The position numbers and the translations under genes were made by a program. From the NCBI GenBank assembly GCA_963737155.1, contig CAVTRN010000001.1, forward strand, positions 352,001 through 416,000: DNA of 64,000 nucleotides. The letters are read 5' to 3'. The notes beneath the pieces are model-generated. The model searched no databases. It was not told the origin of the DNA and was given only the letters and a program-made list of their open reading frames with translations. Within the stretch, counting starts at the first letter, position 1, and each line of letters opens with the position of its first letter. Shown here piece by piece: positions 44,065 through 52,818 of this stretch. The stretch comes from Nitrospirota bacterium. GTDB taxonomy: Bacteria > Nitrospirota > UBA9217.

Positions 44065-44658
44065 TTATGCAGAGCGGACAACCTTCCGGAATACGTCGAG
44101 AGGCTGCGCGCCGATAACGGATTTTTTCTCATTGATAAAAAACGAGGGAACGCCGGTCACGCCGTGGTAGGCTGCGTCTTCCTTTGTCTCTTCGAGCTTT
44201 GATAAGTACTTTCCGCTTGCGACGGCTTTTTGCATCGCCCCCGCATCGAGACCGCAATCCCGTCCGATCTGTTCAAGTACGTCGGGATTTCCGATGTCGA
44301 GGCCATGTGAAAAATAGGCAACGAACACGGCTTCGTGAAAAGCATCGAACCTGCCCTGCTCCCGGCTGAATTCCGCCGCCTGGAGGGCAAGGCGTGAATT
44401 GGAGAGGAAGGGACGGTCCACAAAGGTGATGCCGAACGGAGCGCCCGTGGTGCGGAGATGATTCATCATTCTGTTGATGTCTTCGATGCGGAAGAGCTCG
44501 GCCAGAGGCCTTCCTCCCGGAGGGGTATCCGGATGAATCTCAATGCCGCGCCATTCGACTGTAAGGTCGAATTCCTGCTTCAGCTTTTCGACGATGCCCT
44601 CGCCAATGTAATAGAAGGGTCAGATGTAGTCGGAAAAAACTTTAATGCTGATAGTCAT
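44065..44658 (-). CDS. DsbA/FrnE-family thioredoxin-fold protein with in-frame UGA (probable selenocysteine)
   Basis: ATG 44658: MTISIKVFSDYI-TGA-PFYYIG.. continues in frame into the 134-aa ORF (GVTGVPSF, GAQP). The TGA at 44620-44622 occupies the catalytic Cys position. Confidence 0.82.
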
Positions 44659-44969
44659 TAAAATTTCCTGATTTGAAGGGATCGTGGGATACTTTACTGC
44701 TTCTAATCAAAAATGCAAGTCTGAACACTGTTGCAGATTACGGTAAGCATGTATTGTTCTGATAGTAGCAAGATATGTGCGCTCTGTCAACGACCGTTCA
44801 TCTCATTCTCTGCCGAGAATGAGTGAGCTTTCAGAATGATCGGCCTGCTTTTGCTGCTCCTCCGTTCGCTCTTTTTTCGGATTCCAGGAATTCTAGTATG
44901 CAGATGATATAATAAATTTCTTGCCAATGCTGTTCGTTGCCGTAGCCCGGGAGATGATTATAAGATGGG

Positions 44970-46682
44970 TCAGATCTCCATGATAATCGGCAAAATCATG
45001 GGCCTGCGCTCGAGACGTTTGTTGATGAACTTCTTGAGGCTGGTCCGAACACGTGCGGAAACGAGCGACCAGTCGCCCTTGGCTTCGGGGATCATGAGGG
45101 CGAGCGTATCCATGACCACGTCCCTCACTTCGGCCAGCAGTTCCTGGGATGCATCCTCGAACACGAATCCGCGCGAAACGATGTCCGGCCCCGAGACCAC
45201 CTTGCCCGAGGTTTTTTCGATGCCCAGAATTACGATGACAACGCCGTCGTGGGCAAGCTTCATGCGGTCCCGAAGCACCACCGTATCGACGCCCGAATCA
45301 ACAACCGATCCCGCAGTCTTGCCGTCGATATAAACCCTGCCTACATTCACGATGCCAGCGCGCTTCGCACTGTTTTCCGTAAATTCCATTACCACGCCGT
45401 TTTCTATGATAAAAATGTTTTCCTCGGGGATGTTCACTTTACGGGCGAGTTGGGCATGATAGACGAGGTGCCGGTATTCGCCGTGCACGGGGATGAAATA
45501 CTTCGGCTTGATCAGGTTCAGCATGAGTTTGAGCTCTTCCTTAGACGCGTGGCCCGAGACGTGGATTTCGGAGACTTTTTCGTAAAATACTTCTGCCCCT
45601 CGTTTGAACAGGTGGTTGATGATGCTTGAGATTGCCCGTTCATTCCCAGGGATCATCTTGGACGACAGTACGATGGTGTCGCCTTTTTTGATCTGAAAAT
45701 GCTTATGTTCGTTGGCGGCCATGCGCGAAAGAGCGCTCATGGGTTCACCCTGGCTGCCCGTCGTAATCATGACAACCTCATCGTCTGGCAGATTTCTAAG
45801 CTCGCCGATTTTAAGCCATGTGTCCGGAGGCATCCGGAGATAGCCCAGGTCAAGGGCAATCTGGGCGTTGGCAATCATGCTCTTGCCGTTCAGAATCACC
45901 TTTCTGCCGTACATGACGGCAACATCGATGATCTGCTGGACGCGGTGGATGTTCGAAGCAAACGTCGCGACCACAATTCTCCCCTTGGCCCGGGAGAAAA
46001 TATCCTCGAACCCGCGACGGACCTCCTTCTCGGAGAAGGTGTAGCCTCCCTGTGAGGCGTTCGTACTGTCGGACAGAAGCACGAGCGTGCCTTTGTCCCC
46101 GTACTCCGCGAAGGTGCGGAGGTCCATAATCTCGCCGTCCACAGGCGTGGGGTCGATCTTGAAGTCTCCAGTATGGACCAAACGGCCCACGGGTGTCGTG
46201 ATACCCAGCCCTACGCCGTCGACGATGCTATGGGTCACACGGATGAATTCAACGCGGAAACACCCCAGATGCACCACGTCGCGGGGACGAACGGAAACGA
46301 GGTTTATCTCACCGTCGAGCTCGTGCTCCCGAAGCTTTTCCGTCACAAACCCGAGCGTCAGCCTGGTGCCGTAGACCGGCAGCTTGATCGCCCGGAGCAG
46401 GAAGGGCAACGCGCCGATATGGTCCTCGTGACCATGGGTAAGCACCACGCCTCGGATGCGATCCTTATTATCGGTAAGGTAGCTGAAGTCGGGGATGACA
46501 ATGTCGACGCCGAGCATTTCAGCGTCGGGAAACATGAGACCCGCATCGATTACCAGGATGTCGTTGCCACATTCGAGAACGGTCATATTAAGACCGATCT
46601 CGCCAACCCCGCCGAGGGGAATGATCGAGAGGGTAGTTTCGTCCGCAGTAGCCTGTGAGGGATGATTGGGGGTGTCTGTCAC
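44970..46682 (-). CDS. rnj: Ribonuclease J
   Basis: PLGGVGEIGLN, THGHEDHIG, HSI, HVSGHA, PVHGE. Confidence 0.97.
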   Translation of the reverse strand: MTDTPNHPSQATADETTLSIIPLGGVGEIGLNMTVLECGNDILVIDAGLMFPDAEMLGVDIVIPDFSYLTDNKDRIRGVVLTHGHEDHIGALPFLLRAIKLPVYGTRLTLGFVTEKLREHELDGEINLVSVRPRDVVHLGCFRVEFIRVTHSIVDGVGLGITTPVGRLVHTGDFKIDPTPVDGEIMDLRTFAEYGDKGTLVLLSDSTNASQGGYTFSEKEVRRGFEDIFSRAKGRIVVATFASNIHRVQQIIDVAVMYGRKVILNGKSMIANAQIALDLGYLRMPPDTWLKIGELRNLPDDEVVMITTGSQGEPMSALSRMAANEHKHFQIKKGDTIVLSSKMIPGNERAISSIINHLFKRGAEVFYEKVSEIHVSGHASKEELKLMLNLIKPKYFIPVHGEYRHLVYHAQLARKVNIPEENIFIIENGVVMEFTENSAKRAGIVNVGRVYIDGKTAGSVVDSGVDTVVLRDRMKLAHDGVVIVILGIEKTSGKVVSGPDIVSRGFVFEDASQELLAEVRDVVMDTLALMIPEAKGDWSLVSARVRTSLKKFINKRLERRPMILPIIMEI

Positions 46683-46952
46683 GCGGTGTGCGCTCCTGAG
46701 GGAAGATTTCTTGTAAATCCGGTCGCTTTATAATCTACTATATTCCTTTTGGCGGGGCCCGTCAACCCTGTCTGGGTTTTAAGATAAAGGACGGGAAGGA
46801 CAAATACCGTAAGACAGGTGTGCAGCCAATCGAAGTCTGTCACCTATCCCTCTAGCGCAGAGCCAACCTGCAGTTCGCGCATTGGACTTAACTAAAATTC
46901 GTATTGTTATATAAGTGAATGGAGGTAGTCAAGCTGAAAAACAATGGTTGGA

Positions 46953-48560
46953 TTACTGTTCGAAGCGTGTCACGAAGGCCCCGATGAATTTCATGTGGCG
47001 AACATAGTCCTCGAAAGGGACTTCTTTTACAATACCGCCGCCCGGCCGGCCCGCGTGATCCTTGTCACCGGAGGCATGAATCAGGTATGGTTTATCCGTT
47101 TTTATGTGGACGATTGACAGATGGGCAACGATTTCCTCGCCTGAGCGTTTTTCCGGGTCCTTAACCCAGTACAGGATATCACCGTCCAGGAGCTGCTTCT
47201 GGACGGATCTGCTGAGAAGCACTTTTTTTGGCAAAATATCTACTGTAGCCCTGCCGCGCGAACCGGGAATCGTTTCAACCGTTCCGAGCGTGGCAGTGAT
47301 GTTTTTCCCCCACTTCCCGCTGAACACCATGTCTTCGCCATACTGGTAACGTGTATCATAGTTGGTCACAAGGCCGTCCGCAAGCATGCCCTTCGTGGTA
47401 AACCGGAGCGCCAGCGCCTGATCGATTGCCTGACCAGGCGTGCTGCTCCGCGCCAGCTCGACGGAACGGAACGTATGGTACATGCAGTCGATCTTCTCAT
47501 CGGCCACAATACGATTGGTGCGAACATAGAGGCCAAGGGGGTCGGGGTCGTAGGGTGTGCCGATGAAACGGCCCGCCCAGTAGACGATGCGCCTGTTGAA
47601 GGGAAGTTGGGCAACCCGCGCCTGTGCCATAAGGATCTCATCGGCGGTCATCTGGGAGGGTTGTTTGCCTTCATCGGGATCGGCGCCGATGATCCGGACC
47701 CCGTACTGAAACGTCTTGGCATAGCGACGCTCCCGGATGCCGACGATTTGAACTTTTCCCTTGCGCGCAGCCTGCATGAATCGCCCGTCGCCGAGATACA
47801 GCCCCTCTTGACCGCCGGAAAAGACCAGGATATCTCCGGGCACAAGGTCCTTCTTCGATACGTGCTCTCCGGCTTCTTTCAGTTCGCTACGATCTTTTAC
47901 CGCGGGAAATCCGTGAATTCGATAGACAATGGAGATCAGCCCACTGATGTCGATGCCCTGGGCAGTCATGCCGCCAGCAAGGTACTGAACGCCCCGAAAG
48001 CGTAGCGCAGTGTTCGCTATCTCATCGGGCCTGGTGTCGTTCACAATAGGATCTGAGGACTTCACCGGCATTGTGTCGGTCCTGTTGATGATGGCCACGG
48101 AGCGGTCTGGAAACTGGACCTTCAAGCCGTTCTGCGTTTGTTCGAGTACAGGGAGATGCGTTCCGGCAAAGAGAGGGATTTTTTGATTGCCGGTTTTGTC
48201 CAAGATCAGCGCCTCGGTCTTCGTCGCGGAAATGACGATCCATTGGCGTTCGGAGCTCAGATAATGTTTGCCCTTATTTCGGGGAATCGAAACCGCTTCC
48301 TGCTGTATCCACCCCTCCAGGTTCCCCTGGTCCGAGATCGATATCCGGTAATGGTTGTCCTGCTTGCCCAGAATGAGTACCTCGTCTCCCATGAGCACCT
48401 GCGTTTCAAGCCGGGACTTGGGCAGCGGTTCCTCATGGACATTGGCGAGGGGAGCGGATACGATGCCGACGCTACCGTTCAGCGGCAGCTCGGCCTGAAC
48501 GGCAGAAGAAAAAAGCAGGACCGCAAACCAGGAAAGCGCTATGGCGAGATGTTTTTTCAT
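46953..48560 (-). CDS. Exported SH3-like + NlpC/P60-like + DUF1460 (amidase-like) cell-wall protein
   Basis: Signal peptide, ETQVLMG SH3-like segment, Y.AGG...GIDISGL (NlpC/P60-like), FIGTPY..IDCMY..HLSIV..LIHAS (DUF1460). Confidence 0.75.
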   Translation of the reverse strand: MKKHLAIALSWFAVLLFSSAVQAELPLNGSVGIVSAPLANVHEEPLPKSRLETQVLMGDEVLILGKQDNHYRISISDQGNLEGWIQQEAVSIPRNKGKHYLSSERQWIVISATKTEALILDKTGNQKIPLFAGTHLPVLEQTQNGLKVQFPDRSVAIINRTDTMPVKSSDPIVNDTRPDEIANTALRFRGVQYLAGGMTAQGIDISGLISIVYRIHGFPAVKDRSELKEAGEHVSKKDLVPGDILVFSGGQEGLYLGDGRFMQAARKGKVQIVGIRERRYAKTFQYGVRIIGADPDEGKQPSQMTADEILMAQARVAQLPFNRRIVYWAGRFIGTPYDPDPLGLYVRTNRIVADEKIDCMYHTFRSVELARSSTPGQAIDQALALRFTTKGMLADGLVTNYDTRYQYGEDMVFSGKWGKNITATLGTVETIPGSRGRATVDILPKKVLLSRSVQKQLLDGDILYWVKDPEKRSGEEIVAHLSIVHIKTDKPYLIHASGDKDHAGRPGGGIVKEVPFEDYVRHMKFIGAFVTRFEQ

Positions 48561-48622
48561 CGGGTAAATCAGGAAAACGGAGTGAACTGCAATGTGAACG
48601 CGTATTGTTCAATGGAAAAAGA

Positions 48623-48651
48623 TGGTGCCGAAGGGGGGACTCGAACCCCCA
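48623..48651 (-). repeat. Duplicated tRNA (Leu-type) 3' end = att site of an integrated element
   Basis: Minus strand GGGGGTTCGAGTCCCCCCTTCGGCACCA (T-arm + acceptor + CCA) with no 5' half of a tRNA; coincides with a sharp drop in GC. Confidence 0.85.
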
Positions 48652-48833
48652 TTGCCCACCCTCGCGTTTTCAATTTAATTCAATAGTTACTCGTGTTTTG
48701 GGGGTAATAAAAAGCCCTTTTTTTGGTGCATAAGTGGTACACAAGCGTCATTTATACCATATTAAACCTTCACACTTCAACTATAAAATTTCCCACTGTC
48801 CTATACTTCCTCAAAATTAATTATTCGATGGCC

Positions 48834-48861
48834 TTGACAATAACTGCAATATCCCTATAAT
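48834..48861 (+). promoter_or_regulatory. Consensus sigma70 promoter
   Basis: TTGACA (48834-39), 16 nt, TATAAT (48856-61). Confidence 0.75.
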
Positions 48862-48944
48862 CGGCCTAATCAGTCCTAAATAATTCCAGCCAGCTTGGGA
48901 TTTTAGAAATAGTTTGACTTCCCTCTTTCAGGGGACAACCCAAC

Positions 48945-49073
48945 ATGGCTTTGCAATCAACGCTTCGACTCGATAAGCATCGAGTAAGTGCGATTTGCCC
49001 CAACCATAATTATGTCAGAAAAAGAAACAGGTACGAGTCTTCGTTTTCGTACTCTAATGAGAAACGGACATAA
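48945..49073 (+). CDS. Candidate 42-aa small ORF upstream of the radical SAM gene
   Basis: GGGGA RBS; MALQSTLRLDKHRVSAICPNHNYVRKRNRYESSFSYSNEKRT*; below the ORF-track cutoff. Confidence 0.35.
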   Translation: MALQSTLRLDKHRVSAICPNHNYVRKRNRYESSFSYSNEKRT

Positions 49074-49113
49074 CCTTCCGACGTTTTAGTAAACAGCACA
49101 GTCAGCCTACCCT

Positions 49114-50469
49114 ATGAAACGAATTATGCTCATTAACTCCCCGTTATTTGAGGAGAAGCATGATTTAAACAAGGAGGATTATCTCCCACCCTTGGGCTTG
49201 GGTATTATTGCCACAGAATTAATGAAACATGACAATATTCAAGTTAAACTGATAGATGCCATAGCTGAAAATAAAACCGTTACGGAAATAATAGCTGCAA
49301 TATCCGAGTCTCAATCAGATTTCGTTGGAATAAATATTTTTACTACAAATTTCCGACACGTAAAAGAAATTATTGAGAAAACGAAAATAAAAACACACTT
49401 CATCATAGGTGGCATATCTACCCGGTCGCTTTATCATGAAATATTTAAATGGAAGACGCAGAATGACATAGACATTGTATACGGAGATGGCGAACTCGTA
49501 ACTCGTGATATCGTATATTCTTGCGTTAAAGAGAAACCGTCTAAGCAAAGTGGTACGATGAGATTCTTCGTCATTTCTAAAGAATCTTCCTACCATGTGC
49601 AGGATATTTCGCAAAAGGAAATTGAAAGAAAGCTTTTTCAAAATGAACCGTATTTAAATTGCTATGGTCGCCCAGAAGTAAGTATTTATACGAGCAGAGG
49701 TTGCATATATAATTGTGCCTACTGCGTGGCGGCACATGATATTAATCATCAACTAGGCGTTCGCATAAAAAAGGTTCCCCACGTAATTTCAGAGTTGACC
49801 GGAATTAAAGCACTCTACCCCAGGCTCGAATATATCCGAGTGTTGGATGATTTATTTTTACGAAGCGGCCAAAGCTTCAGTGATGCAAATACCATTTTTA
49901 GTCAATTTAATTTCTTATGGCGTGCAATGTGCCATATAAAGCCATTATATGCTGTTGACATAAATAATCTACTCAAGCTTCATTCTAATGGCTGCAAGGA
50001 ATTGTTTGTAGGAATTGAATCTGGCTCAAGGCGTATTCTCAGTAAGATTCATAAAGAGACCGATATTAATGTGATTTTAGAGGCGACTGAAAAAGTCTTT
50101 CAATCAAGGATTAATTTAAAAGGTTATTTTATATGTGGCTTCCCTTCCGAAACTCTTCAAGATTTAGAAGATACTATTGGGTTAGCAGAAAAAATAAAGC
50201 AACAGGCTGATAAGTACCAGGTCAATTTTAGAACCAGCACATTTCAGTTTAGGCCATATTATGGGACTGAATTGTACAATGAGATACTCGATAAATCCCC
50301 CTACAAAGAAGCTGCATCTATTCTTTTCGAGACGAAACAATCAGACTTGCTGAATGGAGACACTTCACGAAAATCGTTTGACTTTGAAAGCGGTAATTAC
50401 TCATCAGTCAGTGACTCTGTATTACAAAATTGCATAGGGAGGATGAATGCTTTAAATGGTACTGTTTAG
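49114..50469 (+). CDS. Cobalamin-binding radical SAM protein
   Basis: PPLGL..A, DFVGIN, IIGG (B12-binding domain); TSRGCIYNCAYC (CxxxCxxC); DDLF, GIESGS, GFPSET. Confidence 0.9.
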   Translation: MKRIMLINSPLFEEKHDLNKEDYLPPLGLGIIATELMKHDNIQVKLIDAIAENKTVTEIIAAISESQSDFVGINIFTTNFRHVKEIIEKTKIKTHFIIGGISTRSLYHEIFKWKTQNDIDIVYGDGELVTRDIVYSCVKEKPSKQSGTMRFFVISKESSYHVQDISQKEIERKLFQNEPYLNCYGRPEVSIYTSRGCIYNCAYCVAAHDINHQLGVRIKKVPHVISELTGIKALYPRLEYIRVLDDLFLRSGQSFSDANTIFSQFNFLWRAMCHIKPLYAVDINNLLKLHSNGCKELFVGIESGSRRILSKIHKETDINVILEATEKVFQSRINLKGYFICGFPSETLQDLEDTIGLAEKIKQQADKYQVNFRTSTFQFRPYYGTELYNEILDKSPYKEAASILFETKQSDLLNGDTSRKSFDFESGNYSSVSDSVLQNCIGRMNALNGTV

Positions 50470-51028
50470 TACAATAAAAAAATGTAGGACGTGTGATTTG
50501 TGTCGCAACCAGCGACCGTTACTACAATTGAAAACAAAAGCCGATGTCTTTTGGGTAGGTTTATCTGCTGTGAGGACGGATGTCTCAAAGGATGTGCCAT
50601 TATCTGCAAATACGAGAACTGGCAAATTAGTCGATGATATCGAAACCCTGCTTAACGACATATCTTTTTACAGAACAAATATAGTTAAATGTCTTCCATT
50701 AAAAAATACAAAGATACGGTATCCGTCAATAGAGGAAATGGAAAGGTGCTATAAACATTTATCAAAGGAAATTGACTATATGACACCCAAAATTATATTG
50801 CTCTTAGGAAAGCAAGTTGCATCTTTTATTTTAAAATCGAAGGGAATAAAAGAATTTGAGCTTGATGAAGGGTTTAATTATAAGCCAATTTTTATTGATG
50901 GAATTTATTATTTGCCTGTACATCACCCATCCTACGTACTCATTTATAAGAGAAAGTATTTACAAAATTATACAGCCAAGATAAAAAACTTTTTGACGCA
51001 TTATCATTGTCAAGAAGCTATAGCCTAA
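50456..51028 (+). CDS. Uracil-DNA glycosylase superfamily protein (family 4/5-like, Fe-S Cys set)
   Basis: CRTCDLC, TNIVKCLP, R.PS.EEM..C, PKIILLLG, HHPSY; overlaps the rSAM stop. Confidence 0.85.
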   Translation: MVLFSTIKKCRTCDLCRNQRPLLQLKTKADVFWVGLSAVRTDVSKDVPLSANTRTGKLVDDIETLLNDISFYRTNIVKCLPLKNTKIRYPSIEEMERCYKHLSKEIDYMTPKIILLLGKQVASFILKSKGIKEFELDEGFNYKPIFIDGIYYLPVHHPSYVLIYKRKYLQNYTAKIKNFLTHYHCQEAIA

Positions 51029-51096
51029 TAGGCCATTGCGAATGTCCGTAATTAATCTGAATAGACAGAGTATTGAGACAAACAAAAAGTATCATA

Positions 51097-51137
51097 TTGT
51101 ATCTCCTGAATTACAAGGTGTATAATTATTTCAGGAG
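51097..51137 (+). promoter_or_regulatory. Promoter with inverted-repeat operator for the TA pair
   Basis: TTGTAT-18-TATAAT; CTCCTGAA (51103-10) and TTCAGGAG (51130-37) form an inverted repeat bracketing the -10 and covering the RBS. Confidence 0.55.
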
Positions 51138-51146
51138 TTTTGAATT

Positions 51147-51839
51147 ATGAATACATCCATATTTGAACTTATTCGATTTATCGTTTGGCGTGCGACAGAG
51201 GCAAGAGGCGGTCTTTCGACCATTGCTCTTGTTAAATATTTATATCTCGCAGACTTATTCTACGCTGAGGAAACAGGTGGAAAAACGCTGACGGGGTTAC
51301 CCTGGATTTTCTACCAGTATGGCCCTTATTGTACAGAAGGTTTTCGAGTGATTGATGATGCCGTAACGCATGGTTTTATCAATGCTAAAAATTATCAAAG
51401 CAAATATGAAGTGGACAAGGAATATAAGTGGTATTCGTCATTAGATGAAAATGAGCCTCAGTTAGATGTGCCGGTCCACGTTTGGGCATCGTTGTCCAGT
51501 GCTATCGGTAGGTTTGAAGATATACGGGATTTAATGAGTTACGTTTATTTCGAAACTGCTCCAATGCAACAAGCTAAGGAGAGGGCTCCTCTCGATTTTT
51601 CGAATGCCAGAAAAATCAAACCTGAAAATCCCATTGTAATGAATAAGCTTTCTGCAAAAAAGATAAGAAAGGCTCAAGAAATACTGAACAAAATACGTGA
51701 AACTCGCACAAGGAATAGTGTTGTATCGTATGCCGGACCATCACCCGTTTATGACGATAGTTATTATGAATTTGCAAAAACTCTTGATGATGAATGCGAA
51801 GCTCCAAAATTGACTGGCAAACTAATCTTCTTTGATTAA
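51147..51839 (+). CDS. Panacea-domain (DUF4065/SocA-like) antitoxin
   Basis: LVKYLYLADL..GKTLTG..W..YQYGPY Panacea signature, VY.T.PM. Confidence 0.78.
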   Translation: MNTSIFELIRFIVWRATEARGGLSTIALVKYLYLADLFYAEETGGKTLTGLPWIFYQYGPYCTEGFRVIDDAVTHGFINAKNYQSKYEVDKEYKWYSSLDENEPQLDVPVHVWASLSSAIGRFEDIRDLMSYVYFETAPMQQAKERAPLDFSNARKIKPENPIVMNKLSAKKIRKAQEILNKIRETRTRNSVVSYAGPSPVYDDSYYEFAKTLDDECEAPKLTGKLIFFD

Positions 51840-51862
51840 ATAATAGCTAAAAGCGAGACTTC

Positions 51863-52627
51863 ATGGGGCTAAGTCAAATCATCCAACCGTTTTACAGAAC
51901 GCTCACAGAAGAAGAAAGTGCTACTCCCCCCGTACAAGGTCAAATATGTTTAATTCCAAGCATATTCCCTGACACGATTCCACAAGTAATCGAGGCTCAT
52001 AGGCACGACAAGAGGGACCACTCCGAGGCTGATTTTACGATTCGTAATCTTAAAGAAACTGATTATGGGCCGAAAGATACCCTGCCTATCAAACACCTGA
52101 AAATAAAATCTGGGGAGGAATTAATAGCAGTTGGAAGCAAGCGAAGACCTGCTATTATTATACGTCCCGATACATATATATCAGCAGCGGTAGAGAAAAT
52201 GCTTCCAAGCATGGGGAAAAGACATTTGCAACAAGCAGACACGTTTGTTGCCTTGCCAATGTTTTCAGCCCAAGTTGATGGCTTTGGAACTGGTTTCCCC
52301 GCTAAAATGATTTGCCGCATTAAGGTTTTAATGTATCCGCAATATTATTACATGCCACCTTCCACAGACAGAGCTATTCCGATTAAGGAAGGAGTTATTC
52401 GGCTCGATAGAATTCAAGTTATAGTCTCTCGAAATCCAGCAGTGCTTTTGCCCAAGAAGTATGCAATCTCAGAAAATGCATTAGAAATTTTACTATGCCA
52501 ATTAATGCGATGGCTCAACCTGCCGATGAACCCGGATATAAAGAAAGATTACGACACTATTCTTGAATTGCTGGGCGAAACCTTACCTGCTGATGTATGT
52601 GCAGAAGATAAAGCTGAAAACAAATAG
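51863..52627 (+). CDS. Putative toxin with PemK/MazF-like motifs
   Basis: GQIC.IP, KRRPAIII, VALPMFS, VIRLDRIQVI; directly downstream of the Panacea gene. Confidence 0.55.
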   Translation: MGLSQIIQPFYRTLTEEESATPPVQGQICLIPSIFPDTIPQVIEAHRHDKRDHSEADFTIRNLKETDYGPKDTLPIKHLKIKSGEELIAVGSKRRPAIIIRPDTYISAAVEKMLPSMGKRHLQQADTFVALPMFSAQVDGFGTGFPAKMICRIKVLMYPQYYYMPPSTDRAIPIKEGVIRLDRIQVIVSRNPAVLLPKKYAISENALEILLCQLMRWLNLPMNPDIKKDYDTILELLGETLPADVCAEDKAENK

Positions 52628-52818
52628 GGGATATGAGTGGGTTTCTGGTGAAATGATAAACAGTCAATATGATGTTTTTTGGAGAATACGAGCGGAAGGG
52701 GCTATTATCAAGAGAAGAGGTAATGCAGAATATTCTTGAACTGAAAAAAAAATCGAGGAAATGATTTTGTCGGCACTCGTATCGTGGTATCATTCGGGAA
52801 ACGCAAGGCTATTATTGT

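Noticed and set aside
111-48686. Numerous 60-370 aa antisense or alternate-frame ORFs (e.g. 161-685, 2487-3410, 14880-15986, 26588-27577, 42061-43011)
   Set aside because: They are shadows of well-supported genes in GC-rich sequence, with no motifs of their own.
48623-48700. Complete tRNA gene
   Set aside because: Only the T-arm, acceptor strand and CCA are present; the adjacent sequence cannot form anticodon and D arms.
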